A stretch of 64,000 nt of DNA from Cyclobacteriaceae bacterium (lineage in GTDB: Bacteria > Bacteroidota > Bacteroidia > Cytophagales > Cyclobacteriaceae): positions 3,862 to 67,861 of the forward strand of contig JBEBJH010000001.1 in the NCBI GenBank assembly GCA_040079965.1. Direction: 5' to 3'. Below are positions 1 to 9,600 of the stretch, one piece after another (positions within the stretch are counted from its first letter, which is position 1; every line of letters begins with the position of its first letter). The position numbers and the translations under genes were made by a program. The notes beneath the pieces were generated by a model that ran no database searches, was not told the origin of the DNA, and saw only the letters and a program-made list of their open reading frames with translations.

Positions 1-236
1 TAAATCCGGTCTATTACATTTTTTCCACTTGAGGTGTGCGAAATATATTTATCGGATTGATAGTAAAGGGCAATCGAATTTTGATCTGGCCTTGGACTTG
101 TGGCTACAAAATGACATTGTTCACACTGCTGAAGAGAAAAATCACCTTGTGTTACTGTGTAGTCTCTTGCAATCATTAAAGGCTTAAGATGATCAGATGA
201 ACAGATCGGACAAACCTGAACAGTTTCTAAAGTCAT
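1..236 (-). CDS. Class I SAM-dependent methyltransferase with N-terminal Cys-rich region (partial, runs off window start)
   Basis: Not in the ORF track. Manual translation from ATG at 236 gives MTLETVQVCPICSSDHLKPLMIARDYTVTQGDFSLQQCEQCHFVATSPRPDQNSIALYYQSDKYISH (two CxxC, 'YY.S..YISH'). The start overlaps the mnmG stop (TAATG). The methyltransferase domain itself lies outside the window, so the call rests on this N-terminal pattern and context. Confidence 0.7.
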   Translation of the reverse strand, partial: MTLETVQVCPICSSDHLKPLMIARDYTVTQGDFSLQQCEQCHFVATSPRPDQNSIALYYQSDKYISHTSSGKNVIDRI

Positions 237-2098
237 TATTTGCCTAGATAGACGGTTAGTATGGAAACATCAGCAGGTGACACTCCGCTTATGCGAGACA
301 TTTGTCCAATAGTTTCAGGTCGGATCCTTTTTAATTTCTCCCTAGCTTCCGAGGAAAGTGCCTTCACCCGATCGTAGTCGAAATCAGCTTTGATTTTATA
401 ATCTTCAAGTCCTTCTATTTTCTCTGCTAATTTTTGCTCGCGATCAATGTACGATTCATACTTCAGGTTGATTTCAACTTGTTGTAAAACCTCTTCTGAG
501 AATGCATTTAATTTGACCCGAATCGCTGCGTCAATTTTTTTCAATTCGTTCATTCCTATTTGTGGCCTTCTCAATAAACTTACCACAGGAATTTTCTCTG
601 AGATTGCGGCTGTACTTAATTGATTTAATTCTTCATTCACAACCTCTGGCACTACGCGCATATCTTTTAGTTCTTTAGAGAGACGTGCAATATCATTTTT
701 CTTATCGATCACTTTTCCTAATCGATCATCGCTGGCTAAGCCAAGTTTATGACCTAGTTCAGTAAGACGGATATCTGCATTATCCTGACGAAGTAAAATC
801 CGGTACTCAGCTCTTGAAGTAAACATCCGATAGGGCTCTTGTGTGCCTTTATTCACCAGGTCATCAATGAGCACCCCGATATATGCTTCAGATCTTTTAA
901 GTACGAAGGGATCTTTTTCATGCACTTTGTTGTGCGCATTTATGCCGGCCATTAGTCCCTGGCATGCCGCTTCTTCATAACCGGTTGTTCCATTGATTTG
1001 ACCTGCAAAGTACAGATTATCAATTAGTTGTGTCTCTAAACTCATTTTTAGTTGTGTGGGCGGAAAGTAATCGTATTCGATCGCATACCCGGGTCGGAAC
1101 ATTTTGGCATTTTCAAATCCGGGAATCTTCCTCAGTGCTTGGTACTGAATATTTTCTGGAAGAGAAGTTGAGAAACCATTAACGTAAATCTCAATCGTGT
1201 TCCACCCTTCCGGTTCTACAAATATCTGGTGGCGTTCACGCTCGGCAAACCGATTTATTTTATCCTCAATTGAGGGACAGTATCTTGGTCCCAAGCCCTT
1301 AATCCGGCCTTGGAACATGGGTGATTGATCAAAACCTTTTTCTAATTCTTTATGAACAGAATCATTGGTATAGGTTATCCAGCAGCTCAGTTGTTTTTCC
1401 AAAGGCTTTGTGTCGGTGTAGGAGAATTTGCTCGGATTCTCGTCTCCCGGCTGTTCTTCCATTACTTTATAATTAAGGGACCGCCCATCTATTCTTGGAG
1501 GGGTTCCGGTTTTCATTCGACCAGATTCAAAACCAAGTTGTACCAATTGTTCAGTCAATCCACTAGCTGCTTTTTCGGCAGCTCTTCCTCCCCCAAAACT
1601 CTTTTCGCCAATGTGAATTTTTCCGTTAAGGAATGTGCCATTGGTAAGAACCACGGACCTTCCTTTTATTTCTAATCCTAGGGCGGTTTTTATGCCGACC
1701 ACTTTTTTGTCCTTTACCAGTAACCCAGTAGCCATTTCTTGCCAAAAGTCAACATTATTCGTGTTCTCAAGGGCAAGTCTCCATTCCTCGGCAAATCGCA
1801 TCCTGTCATTCTGGGTTCGTGGACTCCACATAGCCGGCCCCTTGGATAGGTTTAGCATCCTGAATTGAATCATTGACTTGTCCGATATTATTCCAGAATA
1901 GCCACCCAATGCATCAATTTCCCGAACAATCTGGCCTTTAGCCACTCCACCCATAGCTGGATTGCAAGACATCTGGGCAATAGTATTCATGTTCATTGTT
2001 ACAAGAAGAACCTTTGAACCCATATTGGCAGCGGCAGCAGCAGCTTCACACCCGGAATGTCCGGCACCAACAACTATTACATCATATTCAGGAAACAT
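236..2098 (-). CDS. mnmG: tRNA uridine-5-carboxymethylaminomethyl(34) synthesis enzyme MnmG (GidA)
   Basis: FAD motif VVGAGHSGCEAA, SCNPAMGGVAKG, GPRYCPSIEDK, GQINGTTGYEEAA, RAEYRILLRQDNAD. Start moved to ATG 2098 (MFPEY). Confidence 0.97.
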   Translation of the reverse strand: MFPEYDVIVVGAGHSGCEAAAAAANMGSKVLLVTMNMNTIAQMSCNPAMGGVAKGQIVREIDALGGYSGIISDKSMIQFRMLNLSKGPAMWSPRTQNDRMRFAEEWRLALENTNNVDFWQEMATGLLVKDKKVVGIKTALGLEIKGRSVVLTNGTFLNGKIHIGEKSFGGGRAAEKAASGLTEQLVQLGFESGRMKTGTPPRIDGRSLNYKVMEEQPGDENPSKFSYTDTKPLEKQLSCWITYTNDSVHKELEKGFDQSPMFQGRIKGLGPRYCPSIEDKINRFAERERHQIFVEPEGWNTIEIYVNGFSTSLPENIQYQALRKIPGFENAKMFRPGYAIEYDYFPPTQLKMSLETQLIDNLYFAGQINGTTGYEEAACQGLMAGINAHNKVHEKDPFVLKRSEAYIGVLIDDLVNKGTQEPYRMFTSRAEYRILLRQDNADIRLTELGHKLGLASDDRLGKVIDKKNDIARLSKELKDMRVVPEVVNEELNQLSTAAISEKIPVVSLLRRPQIGMNELKKIDAAIRVKLNAFSEEVLQQVEINLKYESYIDREQKLAEKIEGLEDYKIKADFDYDRVKALSSEAREKLKRIRPETIGQMSRISGVSPADVSILTVYLGK

Positions 2099-2111
2099 GT
2101 CATGTTTAGTT

Positions 2112-2127
2112 TGTTCCACGTGAAACA
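2112..2127. promoter_or_regulatory. parS site 1 (ParB binding)
   Basis: TGTTCCACGTGAAACA matches the canonical parS consensus TGTTNCACGTGAAACA. Confidence 0.92.
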
Positions 2128-2156
2128 ATCAAAATCCAACCCTCAGGCAAAAATTA

Positions 2157-2172
2157 TGTTTCACGTGAAACA
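2157..2172. promoter_or_regulatory. parS site 2 (ParB binding)
   Basis: TGTTTCACGTGAAACA, a perfect 16-bp palindrome. Confidence 0.93.
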
Positions 2173-2200
2173 TAAAATTCACTCCCTAATCGTAGTCTTA

Positions 2201-2216
2201 AGTTCCACGTGAAACT
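2201..2216. promoter_or_regulatory. parS site 3 (ParB binding)
   Basis: AGTTCCACGTGAAACT keeps the parS core; the outer bases changed but still pair (A/T). Confidence 0.85.
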
Positions 2217-2638
2217 TATTTGCGCAAAGATAGGCAAGCTTCTTCTTTTTTGCGCATTTGGGCCACTTCAGCTGGCTTCTTGTCTTTGTAGCCCATAAGA
2301 TGAAGAACCCCGTGAATAATCACTCTATGCAACTCTTCATCGAAGCGCACCTTGAATTTGTCAGCATTATCAAGGACCCGTTCTATGCTGATATAGATTT
2401 CAGCCTCAATAATTCCTTTTTGGGTTGAGTTATCAAAAGTGATTATATCTGTAAGTGTGTTATGTCTTAAAAAATCCTTGTTAAGATTAAGAAGGTACTT
2501 GTCGGTACAAAAGATGTAGTTGACTTCGGAGAGGTGCTTTCTTTCTTTAGTAATTACTTTTTTAATCCAAGCGGAGGTCTTTCTTGGGTGTTGAAGAGAA
2601 AAATCAGTGTCTTCTGAAAAGAACCGAATTGAACCCAT
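2216..2638 (-). CDS. ybeY: rRNA maturation endoribonuclease YbeY
   Basis: TDIITFD and the HxxxHxxxxxH-type zinc motif IIHGVLHLMGYKD (preceded by ELHRV). Confidence 0.95.
   Translation of the reverse strand: MGSIRFFSEDTDFSLQHPRKTSAWIKKVITKERKHLSEVNYIFCTDKYLLNLNKDFLRHNTLTDIITFDNSTQKGIIEAEIYISIERVLDNADKFKVRFDEELHRVIIHGVLHLMGYKDKKPAEVAQMRKKEEACLSLRK
2225..2232 (-). promoter_or_regulatory. Bacteroidota -7 promoter element upstream of mnmG
   Basis: TATCTTTG on the minus strand (consensus TAnnTTTG), inside the 3' end of ybeY. Confidence 0.55.
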
Positions 2639-3048
2639 TATTCCATATAAAAACTGAGCTCAACCACTTTTCCTTGATCAGAGAAGTCAACCTCATCAGC
2701 AAGGTGTTTCATTAAAAAAATTCCCCGACCACCAGGTTTATCAAGGTTTTCAGGAGATGTTGGATCAGGCAGGTTATGAAAATCAAACCCATGCCCCTCA
2801 TCTTCAACCCTAAATTTTATCAATCCTTCTTCAAGAGAAAGGGCCAATGAAACGTTCTTTCCAGAGTCGCCATTATTGCCATGTCTTATCGCATTGTTGA
2901 CCGCTTCGGTTACGGCAATCATAATGTTTCCGTAGATATCATCATTCAAATGATATTTCTCCTTAGCGTTGTCGATGAAGCTTTCAATCATCCTGATGTT
3001 TTCCGAAAGGGAAGGGATTTCTATACGAATGTTCTTCATGCCAGCCAA
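2638..3048 (-). CDS. RsbW-like anti-sigma / Ser-Thr kinase ATP-binding protein (HATPase_c)
   Basis: N-box AVTEAVNNAIRHG, VEDEGHGFD, GGRGIFLMKHLAD. Confidence 0.85.
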   Translation of the reverse strand: MAGMKNIRIEIPSLSENIRMIESFIDNAKEKYHLNDDIYGNIMIAVTEAVNNAIRHGNNGDSGKNVSLALSLEEGLIKFRVEDEGHGFDFHNLPDPTSPENLDKPGGRGIFLMKHLADEVDFSDQGKVVELSFYME

Positions 3049-3049
3049 C

Positions 3050-6000
3050 TCAGTTTATTTCCTTGGTTTTAATTCGTTTAAAATATTCCCCAACCTCCTG
3101 CTTATAGTAAGGATATAGCTTAGGAGGTACGGTCTTCAGCAATTCTACTTCTTTTTCCTTTAATCTTAAATATTCTTCAAAAGCTCGCGGAATTTCATTG
3201 GTATAGTCCTTGGCCGTTTCACCTTTTCGCTCTTCATCGAGATCCTGTTCACGCATTGATTTCTCTGTTTCTAATAGTCGGGTAAGAATCTCTTTCTGAC
3301 GCTTGATGGTTTGTTCGGTGATCTGCTTATTAACTAAATCCATCTCAGTTTGTTCCATTTTACCAGGCAAATCTCCGCCCGGCATTTTACCCCCCTCCTG
3401 TTTCATCTTCTCCTGCATCTCCTGAAGCGCCCTTCGAATACGCTCTTGTTCAGCTGCCATTTTTGCAAACTCCTCCGAAAGTTGTCGCCCGCTCTTTCCG
3501 CCTTTACGGATCTCTTCCATCTGCTGATTCAACTGCTCTTGTAATTTTCCTAAGCTTGGCTTATTGCCGGATTTTTTCTTGCCCTTACCAGGCATAGCAT
3601 TAGCCATCATATTCATCATCATCTCAAAATGATCGTTCAACATAAGCGCAAGATTGTTGATGCTGGTCATTGACAATTGCATCTCTGTACTGGCGTTTGC
3701 CTTACGTCTTTCTTTAATATTACCTACCGCTTTTTCGATATGGTCATTTAGTTCTCCCACTTCACGGGTTACTACCGAACCCATGAATGGATCCTTTTTG
3801 GAAAGAGATAACAAGCTGTCTTCCAGTACCTTAGCATCATCTTTCAGTTTGAGTTGGTTTTGTGAAAGATTAACATACTTAGGGTCTGTTTGCTGGATGG
3901 GCGCAAACTCTTTCATTAGATTTTCCTGATCGAACGATAATTTTATTAAACCATGGATGATCTGTCGTAGGCTCTCCAGATTCTGCTGATCCATTTCCAT
4001 CTCCATCGAGTTTTGCATACCCTCCATCTGCTGCTGCATTTCTTTCATCTTCGAAATAGCCTTCTTTTGCTTTTCGGTTGACTTCTTTGGCTCACCTTTT
4101 TCAAGAGACTCTTTACTTTCCTGCTGAGATTGCTCTACCTCCTCCTGTTTTTCCTCATCAGCGGTTTCCTCAGATTTATTTAACTCTTCACCCAACTTGT
4201 CTAACTCATCAAGTTGTTTTTTAAAATCTTCAAATTCACTTTTTAATTGTTCTTGTTCTTTTGCCAGATCTTCCGGACTGGATTTTTGTTCATCCCCACG
4301 TTGGCTGTCTTTGGATTTTTCATCCTGATCCTTGGCGTCCTTCTTTTCACTCTTATCACCCTTCTTCTCTCCGGTTAGCTCTTCTGTTTTATCGAGTAAC
4401 TCTTCTTGCTTTTCTGTTTGTGCTTTCAATTCATCAATGGCTTGCTCAAGTTTATAATCGTACTGTAGTTGCTTAAATAACTCAAGGGTTCGTTCCAACT
4501 CCTTCTCCAGATTGATCTCATTGCGATCCATCTTGTCTAGCATTTTTTGGATTTGATTTACATCGGCATTCTCCTGCAACAATTTTTCCAGTTCACGGAA
4601 TTGCTTTTTGGTTTCTTCATCCAGCAATTGATCCATTAACTTTTGAATCTGTTCTGATTTCTCCCGGATTCGCTCGCTTTCTTCCGAGAAGGAGTCTTTC
4701 TTCTGCTCTAACAAAGCATTTTCTTTTTGAAGAGTCTGGATTGCCTGATCCAATTTTTCTTTTTGTTTGATCAAGTCCTCAAGCATTTTTTTATCCTGCC
4801 AGTCCAGAGTTTGCTTGCCCCTTAATTTTTCCTGAGCATCATCAATTGATTGCTGAAGATCTTTCGCCTTTTGTAGGCTTTGATCAATTTTATTTTCAGT
4901 TGATCGCTGCGACTTCGCAATTTCAGTTTTGAGTTCCGCTTCACTGGGCAGACTAAAAATATAGTTTGAACTTCGGGTGGATTTGCGGCCATTCACACCA
5001 TCGTTATCCCACACCTGCAGGTGATACATAAGTCTATCACCTGGCTGCAAATCAAGTGAGTCAATTTTCCATTGATAATAAAAGTTTTGTTGTTGCTGAT
5101 TGGCGGCAATTGCAATGGCCTTGATTTTGCCCTGTGATTCTTTGGTTCCCTTAATGATTTGGTAGTTTAACGTAAGACCCGTAACCCCATAGTCATCATT
5201 TACAGATCCGCCCAATAGTATTGATTTGAAGAGCACTGAATCCTGGAGATTGTCGACCACAACTTGTGGATATTGATCTTTGATAACGCGTACAGAATAA
5301 GAGATGCGATCTTTGTTTTTGCTTTGATCATTTTCCAGAACGATTGAATACTCATCCGGATTTCTGAAATCTTTACTAAACGTAAAAACCTCATTATCTA
5401 TAAGTTGCATTTCATTCTCACCCTCTGCGGAAGAAAACATCATGGTCGCTTTTTGAGCGTGAGAAGCTCCTATTTTCCACGTTACTTTAGTGCCTTCAGG
5501 GAGCTCAAGATTTCCAGCATTATTTAATTCCTGAGATTTCAACCCCAAATAAGCCGGATAACTCAACCCAACTTTAAGCTGAGTTAATTCAGGTCTGTTG
5601 ACCAGTTGAATTTTAAATGCATCGGAGAAAAAGCCAGAAGCTTCAAACTGAAAATCAATTTCATTCTGAATATTTTCAAAAGTATAAGTGAACTGCGCAA
5701 GGGAGGAGCTTTCCATTTTCCATCGCTGATCTCCTGAAACAATGTAGACTGAAGCCGGTAAAGCTTCTCCTTCTGTCTTGACGCTCAGGGTAAAATCTTC
5801 ATTGAAAAATGCTATCAGATTTTTATTCTGCACCTGAAACTGAAAAGGTGCTTGAGGCGAAAACTCCTGATTGAATTGGACTATTCGTTTTGTACTCTGC
5901 GTGAAGATCCCAAGGTTTATGATCATCAGGAATAGGATCAGGAAAAGAGGGATGATAAAATACTTCAGGTATTTTTTATTCTCCTTCAGGTCGATGGCCT

Positions 6001-6424
6001 TTTCAAAGGCAATGTCTTGAAGTGATACCGTCTTTTGTGCTATACCCGCATCCAGTAAGGCCGTTCGATTTTGCGCAGATGAGAGTTGAATCAGATTTAA
6101 TAATTTGTCGGAGATATCCGGAAAAAACCGACCAATTAGCCTGGCACTTTCTTCTTTACGCAATCCTTTTTTATAAAGCCACCAGGCGAGAGGTTCTTTT
6201 AGGAATCTGAAAACAGAAAAGGCAACAAGGGCAAAAAAGGATGCGAATATTAAAAAACGACCAGTCTTGCCAAGCCATAAATTATATTCAAGAAGTGAGG
6301 CAATAAGAAAATAGGCGAGCAAAATGGAGAGCGACAGGATGCCTCCACGAATGGCAATATTGAGATAATATCTCCTTGTAAAGGAGTTTAGTTTCTCGTT
6401 GATGCCATTGATCCCCTCACCCAT
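3050..6424 (-). CDS. Large membrane-anchored coiled-coil protein (DUF4175-like)
   Basis: N-terminal TM helices, beta-rich middle (DDYGVT, VWDNDGVNG), long E/K/Q-rich coiled coil, C-terminal PKLYPYYK..V.EYF. Confidence 0.7.
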   Translation of the reverse strand: MGEGINGINEKLNSFTRRYYLNIAIRGGILSLSILLAYFLIASLLEYNLWLGKTGRFLIFASFFALVAFSVFRFLKEPLAWWLYKKGLRKEESARLIGRFFPDISDKLLNLIQLSSAQNRTALLDAGIAQKTVSLQDIAFEKAIDLKENKKYLKYFIIPLFLILFLMIINLGIFTQSTKRIVQFNQEFSPQAPFQFQVQNKNLIAFFNEDFTLSVKTEGEALPASVYIVSGDQRWKMESSSLAQFTYTFENIQNEIDFQFEASGFFSDAFKIQLVNRPELTQLKVGLSYPAYLGLKSQELNNAGNLELPEGTKVTWKIGASHAQKATMMFSSAEGENEMQLIDNEVFTFSKDFRNPDEYSIVLENDQSKNKDRISYSVRVIKDQYPQVVVDNLQDSVLFKSILLGGSVNDDYGVTGLTLNYQIIKGTKESQGKIKAIAIAANQQQQNFYYQWKIDSLDLQPGDRLMYHLQVWDNDGVNGRKSTRSSNYIFSLPSEAELKTEIAKSQRSTENKIDQSLQKAKDLQQSIDDAQEKLRGKQTLDWQDKKMLEDLIKQKEKLDQAIQTLQKENALLEQKKDSFSEESERIREKSEQIQKLMDQLLDEETKKQFRELEKLLQENADVNQIQKMLDKMDRNEINLEKELERTLELFKQLQYDYKLEQAIDELKAQTEKQEELLDKTEELTGEKKGDKSEKKDAKDQDEKSKDSQRGDEQKSSPEDLAKEQEQLKSEFEDFKKQLDELDKLGEELNKSEETADEEKQEEVEQSQQESKESLEKGEPKKSTEKQKKAISKMKEMQQQMEGMQNSMEMEMDQQNLESLRQIIHGLIKLSFDQENLMKEFAPIQQTDPKYVNLSQNQLKLKDDAKVLEDSLLSLSKKDPFMGSVVTREVGELNDHIEKAVGNIKERRKANASTEMQLSMTSINNLALMLNDHFEMMMNMMANAMPGKGKKKSGNKPSLGKLQEQLNQQMEEIRKGGKSGRQLSEEFAKMAAEQERIRRALQEMQEKMKQEGGKMPGGDLPGKMEQTEMDLVNKQITEQTIKRQKEILTRLLETEKSMREQDLDEERKGETAKDYTNEIPRAFEEYLRLKEKEVELLKTVPPKLYPYYKQEVGEYFKRIKTKEIN

Positions 6425-6504
6425 GTTGATCTAAAACGTACTTATGCTAAAGATAGTTTTTTAATCGTACTAAGATAAACTGACCACGCACCAAATCAAA
6501 CAGC

Positions 6505-6885
6505 TCATGGACTGATTTTTGAATCGGGAAAATGCCAATCATACTCTTTTTCGAAATATTCGAGCACGTGCATTTTGAGTAGCTTTTCTTGCTCCAATAA
6601 ATCAAAATGGGGCAACTTCTTTACCAATTTCCAATGAGGCCAGCCTTCAGCATCTAATCCCTCAAGTTCATAGTATCCAGCCAGGCTTAAAACTTTGCAG
6701 ATCGCAATGTGCATCAGATCCTGCTTCTCTTCTTTAGAAAAGAGCTTAGGACCACGCCCAAGTTCTTGCAGGCCGATTACAAAGAGTACCCCATTTAGGT
6801 CTTTGGGCTTCTTTTCAAGAAGCCGCTCTAATTCACTTAATAAGACCTGCCATTTACGCTCCAGGTCCAAATCTCGTTGAAACAT
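6505..6885 (-). CDS. Conserved hypothetical protein
   Basis: 126-aa ORF with normal composition and motifs LFVIGLQELG, LMHIAICKVL, GWPHW. It lies 8 nt downstream of the CMD gene on the same strand. Confidence 0.7.
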   Translation of the reverse strand: MFQRDLDLERKWQVLLSELERLLEKKPKDLNGVLFVIGLQELGRGPKLFSKEEKQDLMHIAICKVLSLAGYYELEGLDAEGWPHWKLVKKLPHFDLLEQEKLLKMHVLEYFEKEYDWHFPDSKISP

Positions 6886-6893
6886 AGATTAGT

Positions 6894-7235
6894 TTAGGAT
6901 TTGGAGAGTTCTTCCCAATACTCAAAAGCTCTTCGAAGGTGAGGTATAACAATCGTACCACCAACTAACGTGGCAACCCCCATTGCTTCGTGTACCTCGG
7001 CCGTTGAAAAGCCGACTTCTTTACATTTGCCCAGATGGTATTTAACACAATCGTCACAGCGTAAAACCAGAGAGCAAGTAAGGCCAATTAGTTCTTTCGA
7101 CTTTACATCCAACGCACCTTCCTGGTAAGCATTGGTATCTAAATTAAAAATGCGCTTGATGATTAGGTTGTCAGCAACCAGAATTTTCTCATTCATTTTG
7201 CCGCGGTATTCATTAAATTGCTCAACGAGTCCCAT
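6894..7235 (-). CDS. Carboxymuconolactone decarboxylase / AhpD-family protein
   Basis: KSKELIGLTCSLVLRCDDCVKYH, the AhpD-like CxxC core motif. Confidence 0.85.
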   Translation of the reverse strand: MGLVEQFNEYRGKMNEKILVADNLIIKRIFNLDTNAYQEGALDVKSKELIGLTCSLVLRCDDCVKYHLGKCKEVGFSTAEVHEAMGVATLVGGTIVIPHLRRAFEYWEELSKS

Positions 7236-7258
7236 ATCCCTGAATTATTTCCTCAAAG

Positions 7259-7987
7259 ATGAGTTCAATTCGGATGAAATCAAATGCAGTAAACTCAGCT
7301 ATTGATGTGTGCCGCGATTTTGTTTCGTTGTTTTATCCTCACTATTGTCTCGGTTGCTCACAAGCCTTATACAAAGGTGAAGAAATCCTGTGCACACGAT
7401 GCATCCGCGATTTGCCCAAGACCGCTTATCATGAGGACGAAAATAACCCGATAAAGTCCAGGTTAATGGGCCGGCTACCGCTTAAGCATGCCTTGGCATT
7501 TCTTAGATTCAGAAAGACTGGCATTGTACAACACTTGCTGCATCAACTAAAATATAATAATCACCCCGAGGTAGGAGTTAAATTGGGTCAGATCTATGGA
7601 AAAGAGTTATTTGATTTTGGAATGGTAAACGAATTTGATCTTATTGTTCCGGTGCCTTTGCATGAAACACGAAAACGAAGAAGAGGGTATAATCAAAGTG
7701 CACGTTTTGCCGAGGGTCTAAGTATGTCTCTGCAGATTCCATGGGATGAATCCATAAGTACCCGAAAAGTCAGTACCACAACTCAAACCCGAAAATCAAA
7801 AGTTGAGCGTTGGGAAAACGTCAAAGATGTTTTTGACATTCAGCAACCTGAGAAAATTCAAGATAGCCGCATCTTGTTGGTTGATGATGTGATGACTACC
7901 GGTGCTACTCTTGAAGCCTGCGGTAAACATTTGATTGAAGCGGGCTGTAAGGAATTAAGTGTAGCTTGTCTTGCAGAGGCGCAATAA
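7259..7987 (+). CDS. ComF-family phosphoribosyltransferase-like protein
   Basis: N-terminal CLGC...CTRC, VPVPLH..R.RRRGYNQS, PRPP-binding LVDDVMTTGATL. Confidence 0.9.
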   Translation: MSSIRMKSNAVNSAIDVCRDFVSLFYPHYCLGCSQALYKGEEILCTRCIRDLPKTAYHEDENNPIKSRLMGRLPLKHALAFLRFRKTGIVQHLLHQLKYNNHPEVGVKLGQIYGKELFDFGMVNEFDLIVPVPLHETRKRRRGYNQSARFAEGLSMSLQIPWDESISTRKVSTTTQTRKSKVERWENVKDVFDIQQPEKIQDSRILLVDDVMTTGATLEACGKHLIEAGCKELSVACLAEAQ

Positions 7988-8016
7988 AAAAACCCTCCGT
8001 TTGGAGGGTTTCTCTT
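7986..8016. terminator. Bidirectional intrinsic terminator between comF-like and gldJ
   Basis: AAACCCTCC-GTTT-GGAGGGTTT, a 9-bp stem with a 4-nt loop, A-tract on the left and T-rich on the right, between convergent genes. Confidence 0.85.
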
Positions 8017-8037
8017 ATAAAAGACTTTCTTAAATTC

Positions 8038-9342
8038 TTAGTAGTTTGAACCGGCACGAATCATTGCGCAACGGAAACCAATAGTTGCTGTGGCAGAGTC
8101 TTCGTCCATAAATCTGCGGGTACCAGGAGACATCCAGTAAGCAACATCTTTCCATGATCCACCTTTATACACTCTAACCTTATCTGAAATCAAAGAGATA
8201 AATCCTTGAGGGTTCTTGGTGTATTCAAATGTGCGCATGTTTTTAGTCGTGCCATCAGGCATCGTTACCGTTGAGTCTTTGGGTGTTTTTGTGTAACGGT
8301 TTCTGTATTCACTATGACTGTCGATGAAGTCATCTCTGCGAATAGGGTTAAGATCATCGAAATCCTGGTGAGAAAGCGGGCGATAAACGTCCATCACCCA
8401 CTCACTTACGTTACCGGCCATGTTGTAAAGACCGTAATCATTAGGAGGATATTCATAGATATAAGAGGTAATCAAGGCGCCATCATTCAACCTTCCGGCA
8501 ATACCAGCATAGTCACCACGACCACGCTTAAAGTTTGCAAGGAATGAACCCATTTGTTTTCCATATGGATTACGTAATGCGTGACCATCCCAAGGGTAAA
8601 TTCTTTGGTGGGTTTGCATCTCGTCTAACCACTGGGTTCCAATCAACGCCTGGGCAGCATATTCCCACTCAGCTTCTGTTGGCAGGCGATAAGCTGGAAT
8701 TACAACGCCCGACTCCAAAGGAATGCGACCAGCACCCGTTTCAGGAGCTGCAATACCAGCTTTTTCAGCAAGGTCTGCATTAACTTTAGCCGTTCTCCAA
8801 CGGGCATATTCATTGGCTTGCTTCCACTTTACCCCCACTACCGGGAAGTAACGGAACCCGGGATATCTTAAATAATGCTCAACATAAGGATCGTTAAAAG
8901 CCAGATTGGAGCGCCAAACCAAGGTATCAGGCAAGGCCAGAGAATAAGCTTTTCCACCATCCACCTTTGTAGAGTCAACAGACAAATGATAAAGATATTC
9001 AAGCCAGTGAATGTTGGCGATTTCTGTCTCATCCATATAGAAGGAAGCTACTGATACAGTTCTTTCAACGTTGTCTCTGAAAGACATCACATCTTCTTCG
9101 AGAGAACCTAAAACGGTGCGACCACCTTCAATTAATACCATGTTCGGGGCATCGGGCTGTGAGTTATACTCCATTACAGGAAAACCCTCTGCGGCATCTC
9201 GGGTATACGCCAAACCCGTAGCCGTACTAAGCTGACCAGGGTTTTGAGCAGTGGGCTTGCCCCCTTTATTGCCGAATAATGAACAGGAGCTAATGATAGC
9301 CGATAGCGCAACTAAGAACAGGAGTGACTTGAAATACTTCAT
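8038..9342 (-). CDS. gldJ: Gliding motility lipoprotein GldJ (FGE/SUMF1-domain)
   Basis: Lipobox ISSC, SFYMDETEIAN, PVVGVKW.QA, RLPTEAEWEYAA, GLYNMAGNVSEW, KGGSW. The 'EEDVM...WLEYL' pattern and stand-alone position favour GldJ over GldK. Start refined to ATG 9342. Confidence 0.75.
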   Translation of the reverse strand: MKYFKSLLFLVALSAIISSCSLFGNKGGKPTAQNPGQLSTATGLAYTRDAAEGFPVMEYNSQPDAPNMVLIEGGRTVLGSLEEDVMSFRDNVERTVSVASFYMDETEIANIHWLEYLYHLSVDSTKVDGGKAYSLALPDTLVWRSNLAFNDPYVEHYLRYPGFRYFPVVGVKWKQANEYARWRTAKVNADLAEKAGIAAPETGAGRIPLESGVVIPAYRLPTEAEWEYAAQALIGTQWLDEMQTHQRIYPWDGHALRNPYGKQMGSFLANFKRGRGDYAGIAGRLNDGALITSYIYEYPPNDYGLYNMAGNVSEWVMDVYRPLSHQDFDDLNPIRRDDFIDSHSEYRNRYTKTPKDSTVTMPDGTTKNMRTFEYTKNPQGFISLISDKVRVYKGGSWKDVAYWMSPGTRRFMDEDSATATIGFRCAMIRAGSNY

Positions 9343-9600
9343 TTGCTTTTGGTTATACATAAAAGTAACCGCTAATATAAATAGATAAATCAATGTTTTC
9401 CAAAGGGTAGCGTTTTTTTGGTAAATCCTTAATCGAAGGTTTTGAACCGGAACCGGTTGCTTAACGCTGGAAATCAGGCATTAGTATTCAATTCCAAAAT
9501 GGGATTAATATTCCAATCATGGGCCGAAGAAAGTAGCGAAAATGAATAATTTACAAAATCTGCAGGTTGGTACAGCTTTTTCACTTAGAGGGCTAACAAA

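Noticed and set aside
2099-2128. N-terminal extension MFHVEQTKHD of MnmG in the ORF track
   Set aside because: It is the parS palindrome read as codons from a TTG. The family N-terminus begins at ATG 2098.
2099-2230. oriC inside the parS spacer
   Set aside because: I saw no DnaA-box (TTATCCACA-like) cluster or AT-rich unwinding repeats, and the spacer is short. parS implies proximity to the origin, not identity with it.
4000-4500. Repeat-like E/K/Q/D-rich stretch in the DUF4175-like gene
   Set aside because: Low-complexity coiled-coil/linker coding sequence, not a discrete DNA repeat.
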